Positions 17,181 through 24,359 of a stretch of DNA of 32,000 nt are shown in pieces (positions within the stretch are counted from its first letter, which is position 1; the number at the start of each line of letters is the position of its first letter). The position numbers and the translations under genes are program-made. The stretch is from assembly GCF_000020025.1 (NCBI RefSeq), contig NC_010628.1, forward strand, positions 5,850,001 through 5,882,000, read 5' to 3'. The notes under the pieces were generated by a model that saw only the letters and a program-made list of their open reading frames with translations, did no database searches and was not told the DNA's origin. This DNA is from Nostoc punctiforme PCC 73102 (GTDB lineage Bacteria > Cyanobacteriota > Cyanobacteriia > Cyanobacteriales > Nostocaceae).

Positions 17181-17352
17181 CACACCAATAAATTAGTAAA
17201 GGGGATAGATGACATTCGCTTGTGGCGAAGCACCCATCCCCGAATAGCTGCCCAGATCATAAACCTGGAATCTATAGTCCGGTATCTAATCATCCCAGTA
17301 TCGTTCGAGATATGTCGATTGTCACTGGGATAGATACTGATTTAGAACATAT
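17181..17352 (+). pseudogene. 3' remnant of a monomeric PheRS-like (PheS-family plus FDX-ACB) gene, frameshifted
   Basis: One frame reads HTNKLVKGIDDIRLWRSTHPRIAAQI, which resembles the PheS C-terminal DIRLF...RFLKQF. A second frame reads IYSPVSNHPSIVRDMSIVTGIDTDLEHIYEKI, which resembles the FDX-ACB start S-K-x-P-x-x-x-RD-hydrophobic-S/A. No N-terminal catalytic part is present. Confidence 0.4.
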
Positions 17353-18636
17353 CTACGAAAAGATAGTTACACAATTACTGTTTTTCACCCCTTCCATACC
17401 CAACAGCGCCGTTCCGTAAGCAGCTTCTGTATACACTGAAGCTACTACAGGAATCTGTAAATAACGCGCCCTAATCGCAGTCCAAGTATCATTAGCCGCG
17501 CCACCGCCAGCAGTATAAACACGACTTAACTTGTCTGCTCCCATTTGCTGTAATAATTCATACCCTCGTGCTTCTATGCGTGTAATACCTTCTAACAACC
17601 CATGCAAGAATTCCACTGGATTATCTGGGCGTGGTTCCAAACGTGGGGCTAAATTAGGATCGTTAATTGGAAAACGATCGCCTGCCTTCAACAACGGATA
17701 ATAATCTAACTCCCTGGCAATTGAAGCATCAATCTCCCGACTAAGGCTTTCTAACTCAGCGTTGGTGAAAAATTGCTTAAGTACTGCACCTCCAGTATTA
17801 GAAGCACCACCAGTCAGCCACAAATCACCTAGCCTATGGCTGTAAATTCCATATCTGGCATCTTCTACACGGGTACGACTTAATAACTTTAGTACCAATG
17901 TTGAACCAAGGGAAGTCACGGCTTCACCAGGTAATTTTGCACCACTGGCTAAAAAAGCCGCAATACTATCAGTTGTACCTGCACATACAAGACAATCACG
18001 GCTAAAACCAAACTTATCCATAATTTCAGGACGCAATTCGGCAATGGGAGTCCCAGGAGTTAAAACGTGGGGTAGCTGAATCGGTATTTGCAGTTTTTCT
18101 AGCCATTCTGGGTATTTCAACTCTTCCACGTCATAACCCAGCTTTAAAGCATTATGATAATCGCTAATTCCTAACTGTCCATGTAGGAGAAACCCCAGCC
18201 AATCTGCCTGATGCAGAAAATATCTCGCTTCACTAAAAGAGGGTAATTGCCTCATCCACAAAAGTTTGGCTAGGCTGGAGGTGGCACTTAACACGGTATG
18301 ATTAGGGGGTGCTATACTCCTCAAATGCTCTAGCAGCAATGATCCCCGCGCATCGTTATACATCAGTGGCGCGTCTGTTGGATTACCAGCAGCATCAACT
18401 AGTAAGACGGTGGAAGAAGTACCATTAATTGCGATCGCTTTAATTTTTCGCCGCAATTGGTCAGGTATTTGTTCCAGCAGTACAAACAAAGCCTCCTGCC
18501 AAATTTTTGGCGTAATGGTGGCTGTTGAGTCTTGGAAGGGATATCTCACCTCAGCCTGAATACAATAGGCTTCCTCGTCAATTACCACGCCGCGTGCGCC
18601 AGATGTACCGAAGTCGATACCCAAATACAAATTCAT
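17353..18636 (-). CDS. FGGY-family carbohydrate kinase (xylulokinase-like)
   Basis: 427 aa. The N-terminus MNLYLGIDFGTSGARGVVID is the FGGY/actin-fold phosphate-1 motif. GGASNTGGAVL and YTAGGGAANDTW appear in the C-terminal domain. Confidence 0.85.
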   Translation of the reverse strand: MNLYLGIDFGTSGARGVVIDEEAYCIQAEVRYPFQDSTATITPKIWQEALFVLLEQIPDQLRRKIKAIAINGTSSTVLLVDAAGNPTDAPLMYNDARGSLLLEHLRSIAPPNHTVLSATSSLAKLLWMRQLPSFSEARYFLHQADWLGFLLHGQLGISDYHNALKLGYDVEELKYPEWLEKLQIPIQLPHVLTPGTPIAELRPEIMDKFGFSRDCLVCAGTTDSIAAFLASGAKLPGEAVTSLGSTLVLKLLSRTRVEDARYGIYSHRLGDLWLTGGASNTGGAVLKQFFTNAELESLSREIDASIARELDYYPLLKAGDRFPINDPNLAPRLEPRPDNPVEFLHGLLEGITRIEARGYELLQQMGADKLSRVYTAGGGAANDTWTAIRARYLQIPVVASVYTEAAYGTALLGMEGVKNSNCVTIFS

Positions 18637-18794
18637 AATTTTTATAAATTTTTTTAATAGAGAATAAATAAGGACTACTGATTAATAACTGCTTTTGTTG
18701 CATCTTGTAACAAGATATTCCACAATTCTGGCAAAACAAGGAAAAGTAGTAAACGAACTGTTCAAAATCTATTCAGGTTAGGAGGTTTTCAGCC

Positions 18795-18926
18795 ATGCCT
18801 ATCTTAGATACTCTGTACATCGCTCAGATATCTTCCATCTCGGACACTCAAGTCTACATCGCTCTAGTTGTAGCGCTGATTCCAGGAGTTCTAGCTTGGC
18901 GATTAGCCACAGAACTTTACAAATAA
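18795..18926 (+). CDS. psaM: photosystem I reaction centre subunit XII (PsaM), 43 codons
   Basis: This gene is absent from the ORF track because it is under 60 aa. It translates as MPILDTLYIAQISSISDTQVYIALVVALIPGVLAWRLATELYK. The last 30 residues match canonical PsaM (xxSDTQ(V/I)YxALVxALxPxxLAxRLxTELYK). A GGAGG at 18781-18785 lies 9 nt upstream of the ATG. Confidence 0.8.
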   Translation: MPILDTLYIAQISSISDTQVYIALVVALIPGVLAWRLATELYK

Positions 18927-19179
18927 GGCTACGATGTGACACAGTTAAAAAGCTAATAATCCTGGCAGTACGGGGTGCAATTTCCTTTCTTCTTTTGGCT
19001 TTATGCCATCAGTAGCTAGGAAACTAGCACTTACGTAAGCCAGGTTATTTTTTAACTGGTGAGACACTTGTAGCTATTTCAAAAAAATGAAGTAATATGA
19101 CAGCTAAATCAAGCAGTAATTATCGCCAGAGGGCTTTTACAGTGCTTCCCTTCACTAAGCGAGGTTATCTTTTAGCATC

Positions 19180-19590
19180 ATGAACGCGATTCAACCCTCC
19201 AGACCACCGTCACAACCTATACAAAAACGCCGGGTCATTCCTCGACCAAAGCGGCATCTTCGTCAACGTTCTTACCAGGTGATGGCACTAGAAAGCACAG
19301 CCAAGATAGCGGTTAATCTTGTAGTTACAGCCGTTGCAGCATCTGCTTTAGCACAACTTTTGCCTCATCATTGGTTACAGCAAGAAAAGTTGCGAGAAAT
19401 TAATACTGAAGTCAAGTTGATGGAAGTACACGTCGATAGTTTACAGGTGGAATTTAGCCGTAACTTCGATCCTCAGCAAACTAAAAGAATTATGCAACAA
19501 CAAGGATTCAGATTTGCTCCCAATCAGCGTCGGGTCGTGTTGATGAATAAGGATCTTAGAGAAGATGAACAAACAGAGTCATCACCTTAA
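19180..19590 (+). CDS. hypothetical membrane-anchored coiled-coil protein
   Basis: 136 aa with a basic, proline-rich N-terminus. It has one TM helix (IAVNLVVTAVAASALAQLL) followed by a heptad-like segment. This topology recalls FtsB/DivIC-type proteins, but I see no diagnostic motif. Confidence 0.5.
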   Translation: MNAIQPSRPPSQPIQKRRVIPRPKRHLRQRSYQVMALESTAKIAVNLVVTAVAASALAQLLPHHWLQQEKLREINTEVKLMEVHVDSLQVEFSRNFDPQQTKRIMQQQGFRFAPNQRRVVLMNKDLREDEQTESSP

Positions 19591-19903
19591 GCTAAATGGC
19601 GTATTTAGGATTATTTAGGTTTATTGTGATTTTGGCTACGTAAAAACCGGGTGCTAATTTATATTATTGCTAATAAATAATGGTTAATAGCTGATGTTTG
19701 AATAGCTATGTAGTTATCATCTATTAGTAAAATCTATTCAAAATTTAATCAATTATTTTGAATTTTGAATTCCCAGTAAGTCGGCGTAAACAATCATCCT
19801 TGGGATCAGTTAGGGGACAAGGAGCAGTAAAAAAAGGGTTTGAGCCTTATTTACTTTTCTTCACGCAATTTGGTTTTATTGTGCCGACTTACTTAGAACT
19901 AAT

Positions 19904-20629
19904 CTACCAAATAGGATGCTCAGGAGATAACAAATCGTTTAGCCAATTTTCGATTTGTAAACGCAAGGCAGAACCAGTAAAGTCCCTAGTTGTTTCGAGA
20001 ACAGGCAATTGGGTAAGGGCACGACGATAATCAGCGATCGCACAATTCCAGTCACCCCAAAGATGGTAAGTTCTGCCGCGTTCAGCCCAGATATGACCTT
20101 CTAGTTGACCGAAAAGCTGTGCTAACTCAAAATTCTCAATTGCCTCCTCGTATCGCCCCAATTCACGCCAGGTAATGCCTCGGTTAATCCACGCCCGAAC
20201 ATAGCCAGGATTCAAATCAATGGCTCGATCGTAGTCGGCAAGTGCTGTTGCTAATTCTCCACAAGCTGCATAGTAATTTGCCCGGTTATTATAAGCACTA
20301 GCCAAATAGGGATTGAGTTTCAGGGCGGTGTTATAGTCGTAAAGCGCTTTTTGCCTTTCACCACTTTGGAAATAAATTAGCCCCCGATTGTTGTAATCAA
20401 TGGCATTGTACGGTTGGCGGTAAATTAGTTGACTTAAAAGTGCGATCGCCTCAGTATAGTTACCTTCTTGAGCCGACTTCAAAGCAAAAGAGCGTAGGTA
20501 GTTATTCCCTAAAGTAGATGCACTGCGATCGTTCCTCCTCTGCTCTCGGACTTTACTTGTATTATTTAAAACATATTTATATTGCTTGTTTTGCTGGTCA
20601 TCGTCAGCTAGAAATGAGTGAATATTCAT
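19904..20629 (-). CDS. tetratricopeptide (TPR) repeat protein
   Basis: 241 aa with at least four 34-residue repeats of the form A..YN.RG..Y...G....A..DY..A..L.P. Confidence 0.8.
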   Translation of the reverse strand: MNIHSFLADDDQQNKQYKYVLNNTSKVREQRRNDRSASTLGNNYLRSFALKSAQEGNYTEAIALLSQLIYRQPYNAIDYNNRGLIYFQSGERQKALYDYNTALKLNPYLASAYNNRANYYAACGELATALADYDRAIDLNPGYVRAWINRGITWRELGRYEEAIENFELAQLFGQLEGHIWAERGRTYHLWGDWNCAIADYRRALTQLPVLETTRDFTGSALRLQIENWLNDLLSPEHPIW

Positions 20630-20858
20630 CTTTCCCTGCCTGAAATCCCTGCTTTGTAAAATTAAATTTTAGTTTTTGGTCGGTAGTGGTTTTACCACTG
20701 TGTCTATTTTTAAAGTATTTAGGGTTACAAAAAAGCCATCTAAAGAGAGAACTTTACCTAGCCGCACCAGAAAAATATATGTCCTAAATAAACAATTGCT
20801 CCTCAAACCTAATGATGGATACTTGATCCCAAAGGTCAATTCCAGAAATAGAAACAGC

Positions 20859-21047
20859 ATTTAGGCAAAAAATAGCCCAAACCCTGATTCTCCGGTAGGA
20901 GCAATTCCAATACGATTCAGTTCTAGTTTTTAGCCTTAACCCAAGCGTATTGAGGGCAATTCATGTAGACGCATTCGCGGAGCATCTCGTAGAGAAGCGT
21001 CTTCTTACAGGGTATTGCCCCTACCGCGTGTAGTTTTGCGTAAGTCC
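20859..21047 (-). repeat. MITE-like element, family with GGACTTACGCAAAA termini (copy 1, inverted)
   Basis: The right terminus is TTTTGCGTAAGTCC (21034-21047). The left terminus is degenerate, ATTTAGGCAAAAAA (20859-20872). The interior shares blocks with 26851-27041: CACGCGGTAGGGGCAATACCCTG, CTTCTCTACGAGA and GCGAATGCGTCTACATGAATTGCCCT. Confidence 0.65.
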
Positions 21048-21170
21048 TAAGCAGATGTCAATCTCAAAGACTGGTCAAGTAGTGAGAGCGACAAATTGGT
21101 AGAATGCCAACAAGCCATTCTTTTAGAGATGAGAGAGGGTAGAGGGACAGAGAAAGATGAGGAAGCAGAA

Positions 21171-21308
21171 GAGGCAGAGGGGCAGAGGGGCATGGGGCAT
21201 AGAGAAGAGACAAGGGAGACAAGGAAGAAGGGGGAGACAAGGAAGAGGCTTGTTCAATAATTTCCCCTTATCCTCCTTGTCCCCCTCGTCCCCTAATCCT
21301 TTCCTGCT
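21171..21308 (+). repeat. purine/pyrimidine-skewed hairpin repeat, copy A
   Basis: The sequence runs GAGGCAGAGG...AGAGAAGAGACAAGGGAGACAAGGAAGAAGGGGGAGACAAGGAAGAGGCTTGTTCAATAATTTCCCCTTATCCTCCTTGTCCCCCTCGTCCCCTAATCCTTTCCTGCT. By eye it is about 90 percent identical to 23080-23209. The G-rich half is partly complementary to the C-rich half. Confidence 0.75.
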
Positions 21309-21394
21309 CCCCTGCTCCCTGCCCCCATTCTCCATTCCCCATTCCCAATGCCCCAGAATCTAGATTTAATTTTTAAGTTTTGAGAAATTTTCTG

Positions 21395-21859
21395 ATGACA
21401 ACTGCAATTTCCTATCCCAATGCCCCTGATTTAGCAACCGATGACTACATTGTTCTCGGCTTGGCAACCTGCTTCGTCAAAGAAGATGGAGAAGTTTATC
21501 AAATCGAAGTCATAGAACCTATTCCCTCTGCGGCTTTGGAAGCGCTTTTAAAGGGCATTCCTACCTCCTATAAGCTGGCTCATGCAACAACTTTGGGATC
21601 TGTTTTGGATGGCGATTCACAATTCTTGCCGGATGGTTTCCCAGAGTCGGCTCAGTTTGGAGAGGAATTTGTGCCGCGAGTATTTGCAGCAGCTCGTACA
21701 TACAAGCGCCGTGAATCTGCAAAATCCCTAATTCCATTAGGCACAAACTACAGTGAATTTAAGTATTCAATTGAGCGCAAACGGGTGCTAAATGCCGCTA
21801 GGGTTGTAACAAAAGAAGATAACGTTAAACAGCATTCTCACACTCACAAAGTTCTTTAA
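21395..21859 (+). CDS. conserved hypothetical protein
   Basis: The ORF-track entry starts at TTG 21380; I prefer ATG 21395 (MTTAISYPNAPDL). It is 154 aa and soluble, with no motif I can name. Confidence 0.55.
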   Translation: MTTAISYPNAPDLATDDYIVLGLATCFVKEDGEVYQIEVIEPIPSAALEALLKGIPTSYKLAHATTLGSVLDGDSQFLPDGFPESAQFGEEFVPRVFAAARTYKRRESAKSLIPLGTNYSEFKYSIERKRVLNAARVVTKEDNVKQHSHTHKVL

Positions 21860-21865
21860 GTAATT

Positions 21866-22423
21866 ATGCTCAAACTTTACGGTGGCGCTCGTAGTCGAGC
21901 CTCAATTGTTCAATGGTATTTAGAGGAAATACAAGTTCCTTACGAATTCGTCAAACTCGATATGCAGGCGGGTGAACACCTCAAGCCTGAATATTTGGCA
22001 ATTAACCCAGTTGGTAAAGTTCCAGCAATTATTGATGGGGATTTTCAGCTTTGGGAATCTGGAGCAATTTTGCTGTATCTTGCTGAGAAGTACGGTAAAA
22101 CCCCACCTTCACTAGAGGAACGTGCTGTATTTTCCCAATGGGTATTGTTTGCCAATGCTACCCTTGGACCAGGAATTTTTGTAGAAGCAAGTCGGGAGCG
22201 GGAAATGCCCCGCTTGTTGACTCCGTTAAATGAAATTTTCAGTAAGCAACCTTTTTTGCTTGGCGATGAGTTCACTGTTGCTGATGTAGCAGTGGGATCT
22301 ATTCTGAGTTACATTCCCGTCATGCTGAAGCTAGACCTCAGTTCTTACCCATCCGTGTTGAACTATATAAAGCAGTTATCTGAGCGTCCAGCATTTCAAA
22401 AAAGTATTGGCGGACGAGCTTAA
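21866..22423 (+). CDS. glutathione S-transferase
   Basis: 185 aa. The sequence KLYGGARSRASIVQWYLEEIQVPYEFV...INPVGKVPAIIDGDFQLWESGAILLYLAEKYG is the thioredoxin-fold GST N-domain with the cis-Pro and ES G-site motif. Confidence 0.85.
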   Translation: MLKLYGGARSRASIVQWYLEEIQVPYEFVKLDMQAGEHLKPEYLAINPVGKVPAIIDGDFQLWESGAILLYLAEKYGKTPPSLEERAVFSQWVLFANATLGPGIFVEASREREMPRLLTPLNEIFSKQPFLLGDEFTVADVAVGSILSYIPVMLKLDLSSYPSVLNYIKQLSERPAFQKSIGGRA

Positions 22424-22470
22424 AATAATTAGTAATGACGCTCCTGCGTCGCTAACGCTGCGCTAACGTA

Positions 22471-22512
22471 ATTCGTAATTCGTAATTGAATTTTTAACTA
22501 CGAATTACGAAT
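22471..22512. terminator. bidirectional hairpin between convergent GST and yajQ genes
   Basis: ATTCGTAATTCGTA (22471-22484) pairs perfectly with TACGAATTACGAAT (22499-22512) over 14 bp, with a 14-nt loop. T-rich sequence follows on the + strand. Confidence 0.55.
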
Positions 22513-22515
22513 CTT

Positions 22516-23007
22516 TTAACGATAATTTGTAAATTGCAAAGCAACTGGGTAGTCTTCTTGTTTTAGTCGCTGCATGACTACTTGTAAGTCATCTTTAGAT
22601 TTGGCAGAAACCCGCACAGCATCACCTTGGATTGAGGCTTGTACTTTTTTGAATTCGTCCCGAATCAATTTGGAAATTTGCTTGGCGATTTCTTGACTGA
22701 TGCCTTTTTTGAGTTTGATTTCTTGACGGACGCGATTACCGCTAGCTGATTCAACTTTGCCAAAATCAAAGATTTTCTGGGAGAGGTTACGCTTGGCGGC
22801 TTTTTCTCGCAGGATGGTATGTACAGAATCTAAGGTAAACTCGCTGTCAGTACTAACATTAATGCTTTCTTCGACCAACTCGACAGTAGTTTCAGTGTCT
22901 TTAAGGTCGTAACGACCTTTGATGTCTCGTATAACTTGATCGACGGCGTTAACTAACTCTTGTCGGTCAAAGTCGCTCACAATGTCAAAGGAAAATGTAG
23001 AAGCCAT
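22516..23007 (-). CDS. yajQ: YajQ-family (UPF0234) nucleotide / cyclic-di-GMP-binding protein
   Basis: 163 aa. [37 protein letters not shown]...LQFTNYR is the characteristic YajQ sequence pattern. Confidence 0.9.
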   Translation of the reverse strand: MASTFSFDIVSDFDRQELVNAVDQVIRDIKGRYDLKDTETTVELVEESINVSTDSEFTLDSVHTILREKAAKRNLSQKIFDFGKVESASGNRVRQEIKLKKGISQEIAKQISKLIRDEFKKVQASIQGDAVRVSAKSKDDLQVVMQRLKQEDYPVALQFTNYR

Positions 23008-23079
23008 AAAACATTTTAGATTTTAGATTTTGGACTTCGACTTCGCTCAGTCGAACAATTTTAGATTGGGTATTGCAAA

Positions 23080-23209
23080 GAGGCAGACGGGCATTGGGCA
23101 TGGAGAAGAGACAAGGGAGACAAGGAAGAGGGGGGAGACAAGGAAGAGACTTATTCAATAATTTCCCTTTGTCCTCCTTGTCCCCCTCGTCCCCTAATCC
23201 TTTCCTGCT
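23080..23209 (+). repeat. purine/pyrimidine-skewed hairpin repeat, copy B
   Basis: It has the same orientation and core as 21171-21308. It is followed at 23222-23266 by a nested CTACGCCAACG-type Nostoc repeat that copy A lacks. Confidence 0.75.
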
Positions 23210-23289
23210 ACCCATTCCCCATACTTCTCTAACGAGAGGCTACGCCAACGACTGCGCTCAGTACAAGTTCCCCATTCCCCAGTCCCCAC

Positions 23290-23688
23290 TTAATTAGTAG
23301 CTTGGATGATGCTCAAGAAGATGAGAGTGGTAGAGCCAAGCATACCAATGGCAAACATGAGCGATCGCAAAGGGGGTATATTCAAAATATAAAAAATCGA
23401 GTATAGGAAACGAGCCACCACAAAGGCGATCGCAGCTACTTGGGCTGTAAAAGAATTTACACCACTTACATAAGCCATCAATGCTGCTGCGGCAAATACC
23501 ATAAAGGCTTCAAAGGTATTCTGATGTGCCCAGGTAGCTCGTTGAGCATAAGGCGGCAGTTTATCAAACATGGCGCGAGGAGTAGCAAGCATTTCCTTGC
23601 CAATACGCACACGGGCATAAGCTACTACCAAAAATGGCAGGTAAATTAGAACGACAGCAGCAGCGATCGAATACAAAAAAATTATCAT
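23290..23688 (-). CDS. MAPEG-family membrane protein
   Basis: 132 aa with 3-4 TM helices. RATWAHQNTFEAFMVFAAAAL resembles the MAPEG R-x-x-x-A-H-x-N-x-x-E motif. Confidence 0.7.
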   Translation of the reverse strand: MIIFLYSIAAAVVLIYLPFLVVAYARVRIGKEMLATPRAMFDKLPPYAQRATWAHQNTFEAFMVFAAAALMAYVSGVNSFTAQVAAIAFVVARFLYSIFYILNIPPLRSLMFAIGMLGSTTLIFLSIIQATN

Positions 23689-23700
23689 TACTTATTGTTG

Positions 23701-23780
23701 TTGGTTATTAGTCATTAGTCATCAGTCATTGGTCATGAGTCAAATACAAATGACAAAAGACAAATGACAAATGACTAATC
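23701..23780. repeat. STRR-type heptamer arrays in inverted orientation
   Basis: Array 1 (23701-23742) reads TTGGTTA TTAGTCA TTAGTCA TCAGTCA TTGGTCA TGAGTCA. Array 2 (23746-23780) reads ACAAATG ACAAAAG ACAAATG ACAAATG ACTAATC, whose TGACAAA units are approximately the complement of array 1. Confidence 0.75.
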
Positions 23781-24320
23781 AAAGTAGAAAAGCGTTACCA
23801 CTTTTCTTTGTTCTTCTGCATCTTGACAAGTTTGCAACAGGGTGCGGCTGTCGTGAAACGCAAAACAGATCAGTTGCTGGCAACGGGAGACAATCTCCTT
23901 GTTGCACAGGTAACTAGCTTCAGCAAGGGACAGATTATCATTACTGGGATTTTCCACTAAATGCATTACCTGTTCTAGTTGCTGGCGCGACTCCAAAGGC
24001 TGACGTTCCAGGCTTTGAGGTAAAATCACCGTCAACAAATTTGCATCAGCCCGCGTTGCTCCCTTGATGGCCGCTGAGTTTGTACCTGTAGCACCAGAAG
24101 TAATGATGCGATTACCCGATAAAACTAGGGCATAAGTCATCATTTCAATAAGATTCTGGTGCGTAATCGGAACGTGACGAGAACCCAACAAGGCGATTCT
24201 TTTAGAACCCGTTTGCTGGATGGTCGCCAGTTCTTGCGCTAATGTGTCTAGGTTAATAAGGTCTGTTGATTGGCTCAAAGATAGACATAATCCGATTAAA
24301 CGACCCAGATATTTTACCAA
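23775..24320 (-). CDS. DprA/Smf-like Rossmann-fold (SLOG) protein, short stand-alone form
   Basis: IALLGSRHVP...LSGNRIITSGATGTNSAAIKGA...LTVILPQSLERQP matches the DprA core (GSR...SGxAxGxDxxAxxGA...VL). There is no in-frame ATG near the 5' end, so the start is probably TTG 24320 or TTG 24278. Confidence 0.55.
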   Translation of the reverse strand: MVKYLGRLIGLCLSLSQSTDLINLDTLAQELATIQQTGSKRIALLGSRHVPITHQNLIEMMTYALVLSGNRIITSGATGTNSAAIKGATRADANLLTVILPQSLERQPLESRQQLEQVMHLVENPSNDNLSLAEASYLCNKEIVSRCQQLICFAFHDSRTLLQTCQDAEEQRKVVTLFYFD

Positions 24321-24359
24321 ACAGCGTGTAGATGCGAGGAAAACTTGAGTTAGACATTG

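Noticed and set aside
17222-17419. 65-aa plus-strand ORF treated as a gene
   Set aside because: It begins at a non-ATG codon and overlaps the FGGY kinase 3' end by 66 bp. Its recognisable part is only the FDX-ACB-like stub, so I report it as a pseudogene remnant instead.
19097-19183. 28-codon upstream ORF (MTAKSSSNYRQRAFTVLPFTKRGYLLAS) overlapping the 19180 start by ATGA
   Set aside because: The ATGA overlap is suggestive of coupling, but there is no SD, no recognisable peptide family and no way to test conservation here.
19758-20030. 90-aa plus-strand ORF
   Set aside because: It overlaps the 3' end of the TPR gene in antisense and starts at TTG in AT-rich spacer. An 11-bp inverted repeat (AGTAAGTCGGC at 19776-19786 and GCCGACTTACT at 19883-19893) suggests the region is a non-coding structured spacer.
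20669-20864. Mutually antisense 62/63-aa ORFs upstream of the TPR gene
   Set aside because: Both are basic, low-complexity translations of promoter-region DNA, and neither has an SD or motif.
21123-21363. ORFs 21123-21335 (-) and 21157-21363 (+), and their twins 22985-23215 (-) and 23073-23297 (+)
   Set aside because: They are translations of the strand-skewed hairpin repeat (GDEGDKEDKGK / RQGRQGRRGRQGR). They are open on both strands only because of purine/pyrimidine skew, and the near-identical copies reflect the DNA repeat rather than protein families.
21561-22275. Minus-strand ORFs 21561-21746 and 22045-22275
   Set aside because: They are antisense shadows of the 21395 gene and the GST gene.
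23440-23649. 69-aa plus-strand ORF
   Set aside because: It is antisense within the MAPEG gene.
23701-23780. Heptamer arrays considered as a CRISPR-like array
   Set aside because: The units are 7 bp, contiguous and spacerless. This is an STRR microsatellite, not a CRISPR.
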